Source: Candidatus Stammera capleta
GTDB lineage: Bacteria; Pseudomonadota; Gammaproteobacteria; Enterobacterales; Enterobacteriaceae
Direction: 5' to 3'
DNA: 64,000 nt
Assembly: GCA_036689515.1 (NCBI GenBank)
Contig: CP144846.1
Span: 166,081-230,080 of the forward strand
Each line of letters starts with the position of its first letter. The first letter of the stretch is position 1. The position numbers were made by a program, and so were the translations under genes. The notes beneath the pieces were generated by a model, which made no database searches, was not told the DNA's origin, and saw only the letters and a program-made list of their open reading frames with translations. Positions 56,105 through 64,000 of the stretch are shown one piece after another.

Positions 56105-56200
56105 ACAATTAAATTGTAAAATTTTCAATAAAATATTATAATTTAAAAATTTAAAATATATTAAAATTATAAATATTATTATAAAATAATTTTTTAAAAA

Positions 56201-56761
56201 TTAATTATTTAATATAATTTTTTTCTTATTATTAAATATAATATTTATTAAATTAATATAATTATTAGTAAAAATCTGTATCTTTTTATTAAATAATTTA
56301 AATTGATCTTCATTAATATATTTATTTAATCATAAATTTTTATTTTTAATATTAAAAAATTTACGTATATTTCTAATATTTACCTTATATTTTTCAAAAT
56401 CATATTTTAATTTATTAAATATATTTTTTCTATAATTTTCTGTAATAGGAGGTAAATTAATTAAAATATTATTATTATCTATATTAGTTGATACATTTAA
56501 ATTAGAAGTTTCTATAACTTTTCTTACATTATTTTTAATATTTTTATCAAATAAAGATATTTTTATTAAATTATTATTTATTATAACTATATTAGACAAT
56601 TTACCTAAATTAATATTTTCTCCAAAATAATTTATAATTAAATCCGAAAATATATTTATATTAATTTTATTAACATTATAATTAGAAATTTTCTTTTTAA
56701 AAGATGAAACACATTCATCCATTTTTTTTTTAATATCACTATCTTCTATTAAATATAACAT
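56201..56761 (-). CDS. frr: Ribosome recycling factor
   Basis: MDECVSSFKKKIS, INLPPITENYRKNI and VNIRNIRK align with E. coli Frr (MDKCVEAFKTQIS, VPLPPLTEERRKDL, VAVRNVRR). Track ORF 56330..56761 was extended through TGA to TAA 56201, giving about 186 aa. Confidence 0.85.
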
Positions 56762-56827
56762 AATATTTATTAAATTAAATTAAAATTAATAATTAAAAAT
56801 TTACTTATAAATAAAATAAATAAATTA

Positions 56828-58564
56828 TTAATCATCTAAGAAACTACGTAGTATTTGAGATCTACTTGGATGACGTAATTTACGTAATGCTTTAGCTTCT
56901 ATTTGTCTTATTCTTTCTCTAGTTACATCAAATTTTTTTCCTACTTCTTCTAATGTATGATCACTATTCATATCAATACCAAAACGCATTCTCAAAACAG
57001 TAGCTTCTCTAGGAGTTAAACTTGATAATATACTATTAGTAACTGATTTTAAACTATCTGTAGTAGCAGAATCTAAAGGTAATTCTAAAGAAGTATCTTC
57101 TATAAAATCACCTATATGTAAATCATCATCTTCACCAATAGGTGTTTCCATAGAAATAGGTTCTTTTGCTATTTTTAATATTTTTCTTATCTTATCTTCA
57201 GATATTAACAAACGTTTAGATAATTCTTCAGGAGTAGGTTCTCTACCTATTTCTTGTAATATTTGTCGAGAAATTCTATTTAATTTATTTATAGTCTCTA
57301 TCATATGTACTGGAATTCTTATAGTTCTAGCTTGATCTGCTATTGATCTTGTAATGGCTTGACGTATTCATCATGTAGCATATGTAGAAAATTTATAACC
57401 ACGTTTATATTCAAATTTATCAACTGCTTTCATCAAACCTATATTACCTTCTTGTATTAAATCTAAAAATTGTAATCCTCTATTAGTATATTTTTTTGCT
57501 ATAGATATAACTAATCTTAAATTAGCTTTAACCATTTTTTGCTTAGATTTATTTATTTTATTTTCATATTCTAATATAGAATTATAAATTTTTTTAAAAT
57601 ATTTAATATTTACACAAATATTATTTTCTATTAAATATAATTTATTAATTAATTTTATTATTTTATCTTTTTTTTTAATTAAATTTAAACATCAAAATTT
57701 ATTCATATTTATAGCTAATTTAAATCAATTTTTTTTGTTAAAAAATAAATAAATAAAAATATTTTTAGGCATATTACATTTATAAACACATAAATACTTA
57801 ATTTTTTTTTCTATAAAATCAATCTTTCTTATAATATTTTTAATATTTAAAACTAATATATTAAAATATTTAGGATTTAATTTAAATTTCATAAAAATAT
57901 TAACTAATTTAGTTAATTCACATTTAGTATAAGGATGATTTATACTATATTTTTTTATAAAATTTTTTAAAACTAAATATTGATTTTCTAAATATTTTAC
58001 CTTATTTTTTATAAGTATATTATCTACAAAATAATTAATATTTGATTCAAAAAAACCATCTAAATAACTAATTTTATTAATTATATTAACATTATTATTT
58101 ATTAAAAAATAATAATCTATATTATAATCTATATATCCAATTATTAAATCACATAAACGTAATTTTCCTAATTTTACAAGATCATATTGATCTAAAAAAT
58201 ATTTTATAGAAATAAAATATTTACCAATATTTAATTGAATACTATTAATACTATCTTCAATACATTTTGCTATATTAATTTCTCCTTCTCTAGTTAATAA
58301 ATTTATATTACCCATTTCTTTCATATACATACGTATAGAATCTGTATTTTTATTATTTTCTAAATTATTTTTAGATAAATTATCTTTATTTTTAATAATA
58401 GGTATATTTAAATTATTAATTACCTTTATAATTTTATTATATTTAAATAAATTATTTTTCTTTAAAAAATAAAATTCTTTTTTAATTTTAGAATAATTAA
58501 TATAACCATGTTTTTTAGCTTTATTAATTAATAAATTTAATTTTAATTTAATTTTTTTGTCCAT
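56828..58564 (-). CDS. rpoD: RNA polymerase sigma-70 factor
   Basis: [92 protein letters not shown] and [33 protein letters not shown] are near-identical to E. coli RpoD. Confidence 0.93.
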
Positions 58565-58614
58565 ATTATTAACTATAATTTATTTTTTATAAATAATATT
58601 TTAAAATATAAAAT

Positions 58615-60363
58615 TTAATTTTTACTTAAATTTTTTAATTTTATTAATTCTCACATTTTTTTTTTCTGATTTAAATTTAAACCATATAAACTATCTATTA
58701 TTTTCATATTTTTTAATTTATATTCTATAATATAAATTTTTAATTTCATCAAAGCATCATTAAATATTAAATTATAATTTATATTATTAGGAAAATAATT
58801 TCATAAAAATAAATATTTTAAATAATTCTTAATTTTAATTTCATTAAATTTATTTATTATACTAAAAACATCGATAGAATTATTATTTATACAAAAATTT
58901 ACTATATCAAAAAATAAAAATAAATCTGGAATATCTATATTAATATTAATAAATAATTTATCATACAAATCTACATTTTTAGCCAAAATAGGATATTTTA
59001 AAATTAAACTTATTAAACATTTTAAAATAGTAAATTTAACTTTATTAGTTTTAATTTTATTATTTTTTAACAAATAAATATTTAAATTATTAAAATTATA
59101 AAAACCTATTTTATTATTAATTTTTTTTTTTAAAAACAATTTAATTATAGGAGATTTAATTTTATTAATAATAGGAATTAAATAATTTAAAAAATTAATT
59201 TTTCCTTCATTAGTAAATAAATTTTCACCTAACATTGCAAATTTAAATAAAACATCAAAAATAGATAATGCATTATTAATTCTTTTTTTAAATTTTAATT
59301 TTCCTTCCTTTTGAATTAAAGAATCAGGATCTTCACCACGTGGCAAAAAAACAAAAAAAGACATTTTATTTTTGCTAATATATCCAACAACTAAATTAAT
59401 AACTCTTTTTATAGATAAAATACCTGCTTTATCACCATCAAAACAAAAAATTATTTTATTGGTATAAAAAAATAATAATTTTATTTGATAATCACAGATA
59501 TTTGAACCTAATAATGCTACTGAATAAGTTATATTAAATTTATATAACATAATTACATCTATATAACCTTCAACTATTAATATCTTTTTTACAATCAAAT
59601 TATTTTTAACTACATTAAATAAATTATATAAACATTTTTTTTTACTAAAAAAATAATTTGTAGGAGTATTTATATATTTATATATATTAAATTTATATAA
59701 ACATCTACTTCCAAAAGCTACTATATTACCAAATAAATTATATATAGGAAAAGTAATTCTATTATATAATCTATCATATAAATAACCTTTTTTATCTTTT
59801 AAAAAAAAACCTAACTTAAATAACATATTTTTTTTTTTATTATTTAATGTAGTTAAAAATTCTTTAATTAAACAATCATAAGAATATCCAATAGAAAAAA
59901 ATTTAATTATTTGTAAATTAAAATTACGATATAAAAAAAAATTTTTAATTTTTCCAACATTTAAATTTATAAATAAAGATTTAACATAAATTAAATTTAA
60001 AGAATACATTAAATCAAAAAATAATTTTTCATTAAAATGTTTTTTTGATAATATTTTAATATTATTTTCAAATTTTATTGGTATATTACTAATATTACAT
60101 AATTCCTTAACTGCTTCTATAAAATTTAAATTATTAAATTTTATTAAAAAATCTATTATATTTCCATAACATTTACATCCAAAACAATAAAAAAATTGTT
60201 TATTTCTATTAACAAAAAAAGAAGGATTTTTTTCTTTATGAAAAGGACAAAATGATTTGTAATAATTACCAATTTTCTTTAAATTTATTTTTGATGATAT
60301 AATATCTATAATATCATTTTGTAACAATAATTTATTAATTAATAATTTAGAAATATAACTCAT
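58615..60363 (-). CDS. dnaG: DNA primase
   Basis: The zinc ribbon is FCPFHKEKNPSFFVN...FYCFGCKCYGN. The TOPRIM region has ILIVEGYIDV and FDGDKAG. Track ORF 58801..60363 ends at TGA, and I hand-translated 61 further open codons to TAA 58615. Confidence 0.88.
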
Positions 60364-60389
60364 ATATTAATAAAAAAATAAAATAAATA

Positions 60390-60614
60390 TTATTTATATT
60401 GTTTTGATTTAATAAAATTAAAATTGATACGATAATTTTGTTTTATACGTCTTTTAATAGCAGAAGCTTTAGCTTTTTTTCTTTCAGTAGTAGGTTTTTC
60501 ATAAAATTCTCTTCTACGCATTTCTGTTAAAATACCAGATTTTTCACATAATCTTTTAAATCTTCTTAAAGCAACATCAAATGGTTCATTTTCTTTAATT
60601 ATTATAAATGGCAT
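60390..60614 (-). CDS. rpsU: 30S ribosomal protein S21
   Basis: [45 protein letters not shown] is near-identical to E. coli S21. The rpsU-dnaG-rpoD operon order is conserved. Confidence 0.93.
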   Translation of the reverse strand: MPFIIIKENEPFDVALRRFKRLCEKSGILTEMRRREFYEKPTTERKKAKASAIKRRIKQNYRINFNFIKSKQYK

Positions 60615-60695
60615 AATATATCCTATATAATTTAAAATATTTTTTAAAATATTATATAATACTATTATATTATAATAATGATAAAAATCAAAAAT

Positions 60696-61697
60696 ATGTT
60701 TGTATTAGGTATAGAAACATCATGTGATGAAACAGCAATAAGTATTTATAATTCAAAAAAAGGTATAATTATTAATAAATTATTCAGTCAAATCAACATA
60801 CATAATAAATTCGGAGGAATAATACCAGAAATTGCTTCTAAAAATCATGTTAAAAAAATAATACCTTTATTAAATAAAGTATTTAAATCAATTAATTTTA
60901 ATATTAAAAAAATAGATTTAATAGCATATACAGCTGGACCAGGATTACCTAATTCATTATTAATAGGAACTACATTAGCTAAATGTATATCATTTTTATT
61001 TAAAAAACCTTCAATTCCTATTAATCATTTAGAAGCGCATATTTTATCTATTATGTTATTAAAAAAAAAACCTAAATTTCCTTTTGTTTGTTTAATAACT
61101 TCTGGTATTAATACATTATTATATATAGTTAAAAATTATGAAAAATATAAAATAATAGGAAAAACATTAGACAATTCAGCTGGAGAAACATTTGATAAAA
61201 TTGCTAAAATTTTAAAACTAAATTTACCAGGAGGGAAAAATATATCTAAATTAGCAATTTATGCAAATAAAAACTTAAATTTTCCAAAACCATTAATTAA
61301 TAAAAAAAATTTAAATTTTAGTTTTTCAGGTCTTAAAACACATATTTTATATTTTATAAAAAATAAAAAATTAAATTTTCAAACTAAAGCAAATATAGCT
61401 TACTCCTTAGAAAAAAGTATAATAAATATTTTAATTAAAAAAACTATATTAGCATCAAATAAATTTAATATTAAAAATATATCAATTGTAGGTGGTGTTA
61501 GTTTAAATAAAAAATTAAGAAAAAAAATGATTAATAAATGTAAATCATTAAATAAAAATATATTTTTTGCTAAAAAAGAATATTGTACAGATAATGCTGC
61601 TATGATAGCATATACAGGTTTTATAAAACATAAATTAAAAAATTTTAATTTAAAAATAAAAATAAAACCTACATGAAATATTAATGAAATATTTTAA
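60696..61697 (+). CDS. tsaD: tRNA N6-adenosine threonylcarbamoyltransferase TsaD
   Basis: [18 protein letters not shown] matches E. coli [37 protein letters not shown] and [10 protein letters not shown] are present. The track start at 60678 is six codons upstream. The gene extends past TGA 61674 to TAA 61695. It lies divergent from rpsU as in E. coli. Confidence 0.88.
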
Positions 61698-62901
61698 ATT
61701 TTTTTATTATATTAAATTTTTTAAATAAAAATTTAATTTTTTTTAATCTTATTAAAAAAATTTTTTTTTTAATATCTTTACCTTTATAACCTAATTTAAT
61801 AATATTTTGTACATTAATTTTATTTAAATATATATATATATTTATAATATTTTCATTTAAAATTATAAATAAATATTTATTTTTTAATGGTAAATGTTTC
61901 AAAATATTTGTTAAATTTAACAAATTAAAAATCATTTTATCATTTCTTCATATATCTAATTTATCTAATAAATTAATTATAAATAAATATATATTTTCTT
62001 TTTTATAAAAATATACTTTATATAAAAAATAATATATTTTTTTAAAAAAAAAAAATAATTTATTTGATATATGTAACCTTTTACAAAATAATTTAACAAC
62101 ATTAATAATAAATTTTTTATTTAAAAAATATTCTTTAGAAAAAATAGTACAATTAAAAAAAAAACATAAACATACAAAATTTAAATTAATATCAAAATTA
62201 TTTACGTATAGTTTATTAAAAATAAAAACAAAATAATAAAAAAATTTATTGTTTTTAAAAAAATAATATAATTCAGGAAAAATAAATTTTAATGCATGAC
62301 ATTTATATAATATATAAAAATATATAAATATATTTTTATCACCAAAAACTTTTTCAGTTTCCATTCAAATTCTTTCCGGTGTTATATTAAATAATTCTCC
62401 AGAATAAGAAATATTTTTCATTAAAACAAATGTTTTATCACTAATTACAAATTTAAATTTAAAAAAACGGGTATAAAAACGAGCAACTCTAAGTAATCTA
62501 ATAGGATCATCTAAAAAATAAATAGAAACATGTCTAATAATTCTATTTTTAATATCATCTAAACCTCCAAAAGGATCATAATATTTTTTATTATTATCCA
62601 TAGCAATAGCATTTATAGTAATATCTCTTCTAAATAAATCATCTTTTAATGATATACAAGAAGAACAATTAACATCAAAACCTTTATAACCAACTCCATT
62701 TTTAGTTTCTTTTCTAGCTAAAGCATATTCTTCTTTAGTTTTAGGATGAATAAAAACAGGAAATGAATTACCTACCGGTTTAAATCCTAAACTAATCATT
62801 TCATTATAAGAAGATCCTACTACAACTCAATCTTTATCTCTTATATTTTTATAACCTAATAATTTATCTCTTATAGCTCCACCTACTAAATATATTTTCA
62901 T
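61681..62901 (-). CDS. cca: CCA-adding tRNA nucleotidyltransferase with a degenerate HD domain
   Basis: [67 protein letters not shown] and ITPERI-W align with E. coli Cca. Three track fragments lie in one frame. Confidence 0.85.
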
Positions 62902-62915
62902 AATATTTAATATAC

Positions 62916-63128
62916 TTAAAATTTTAAATCAAATTTATTCAAAATTTTTTTATCAAACATATTATTTTCTATTTCTTTTAAAGCTATTAAAATAGGTTTA
63001 TCTTTATTTTTATATAATAATTCTTTAGAATATAATTGTATTTGTCTAGCACGATAAGAAGCAATTAAAACTAAATCAAAACGATTACCAATAATATTTA
63101 CAGCTTTTTGTATTGTCAAATAAACCAT
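62916..63128 (-). CDS. rpoZ: RNA polymerase omega subunit
   Basis: [26 protein letters not shown] matches E. coli [26 protein letters not shown]. Confidence 0.85.
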   Translation of the reverse strand: [70 protein letters not shown]

Positions 63129-63184
63129 AATAACATTTAATTAATTTTTAATATTAATAAATTATATATTAATTAATAAATAAT

Positions 63185-64000
63185 TTAAATATTTAAATTA
63201 TATAAATTTATTTTAGAATAAATATTTTTATATTTTAATATTTTATGATTAAGTAAAGGTACTTTTAAATTAGATCAAACTAATTTAGTTTGTAAAAATT
63301 TTTCTATTTTATTTGTTATAGAAGGTATAATTGGACATAAATAAATAGATATAATTTTAAATATATTTAAAATAGTAGTACAAAACATATGTAATTCTAA
63401 TCTATATTTTTTATCTTTAATTTTTACTCAAGGTTTATAATCATTAATATATTTATTTACATTATCTAATAAATTATTAACTAATAAAATTACTTTAGAA
63501 TAATTAAAATTTAAAAAAAATTTTTTAATTAAAACAGATTTATAAATAAAATAATTATAAAAATTAATATTAAATAATTTTTTAGATAAAAAATCATTAT
63601 AAAAATTATTTATAAAATATGATATTCTAGATGCTATATTTACATATCTATTAACTATATCAGAATTTATTTTATTAACAAAATCTTTAATAGATAAATT
63701 AATATCATTTATACCATCATCTAAATAACTAGCAAAATAATATCTAATACTATCAATATCATAAAATTCTAATCATTTATTTAAACTAATAAAATAATTA
63801 TTTGATTTTGACATTTTACTATTATTAAATAATAAATGACCATGAACAATTAATCCTGAAGGTTTTCTAAAATTTAAACAATCTAAAATTATAGGTCATA
63901 ATATTGAATGAAAATATAATATATCCTTACCTATAAAATGATATATTTCATAATTACTATCTGTATTTCAAAATTCATTAAATAAAAATAATAATTTTTT
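63185..64000 (-). CDS. metG: Methionyl-tRNA synthetase, 3' portion only (5' end lies beyond the window)
   Basis: The reverse-strand translation gives HFIGKDILYFHSIL-W-P..L....RKPSGLIVHGHLLFNNSKMSKSNNYFI (KMSKS motif), SIRYYFAS, INSDIVNRYVNIASR and KP-W-V. It aligns with E. coli MetRS residues about 290..545 and ends at TAA 63185. Confidence 0.8.

Noticed and set aside
56105-56128. The TTG start of bamA given by the track.
   Set aside because: An ATG eight codons downstream begins a typical signal-peptide-like sequence (MNKFIFLLFMFFF). The TTG is simply the first permitted start codon after the preceding stop.

Overview
This is an extremely A+T-rich, gene-dense bacterial chromosome segment (by eye well above 85% A+T, not computed). 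It looks like a tiny-genome obligate endosymbiont derived from Enterobacterales. I call about 59 protein genes and 4 tRNAs, and I see no rRNA, CRISPR, mobile elements or repeat families beyond homopolymer runs.

The standard-code ORF track cuts most genes at TGA. The fragments are collinear and in frame, and the TGA codons fall on invariant Trp positions. I therefore annotated with TGA=Trp; true stops are TAA, rarely TAG.

The content is almost purely housekeeping:
- Translation and tRNA processing: thrS-infC-rpmI-rplT-pheST, glnS, gltX, trpS, metG, rpsB-tsf, frr, lepA, rpmBG, rpsU, prmB, miaB, ybeY, tsaD, cca, rbn.
- Transcription: secE-nusG-rplKAJL-rpoBC, rpoD, rpoZ, dksA.
- Replication and repair: dnaE, holB, dnaG, ligA, ung, recC.
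- Glycolysis: pfkA, fbaA, pgk.
- Redox and envelope genes: fldA, ahpC, lepB, bamA.
- Conserved genes of poorly known function: ydjM, ysgA, ybhL, ybgI, ycfH, pmbA.

I did not find a discrete novel multi-gene system such as a defence island, biosynthetic cluster or secretion system. The unusual biology I can support is:
- UGA-to-Trp recoding.
- Domain-stripped essential enzymes: ThrRS without TGS/editing domains, Cca with a degenerate HD domain, LigA without BRCT, MetRS without its C-terminal domain.
- Ancestral operons collapsed so that bamA is left alone between frr and dnaE.
- CCA-less tRNAs next to retained rbn and cca.
- A 548-bp almost pure-AT spacer where recO-pdxJ-acpS would be.
- A homopolymer-associated frame break at the 5' end of ybeY.

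Limits: E. coli comparisons come from my memory of the protein sequences, not from a search. Coordinates that coincide with track ORF ends are exact. Boundaries I extended by hand through TGA codons were checked for frame (mod 3) but could be off by a few nucleotides.
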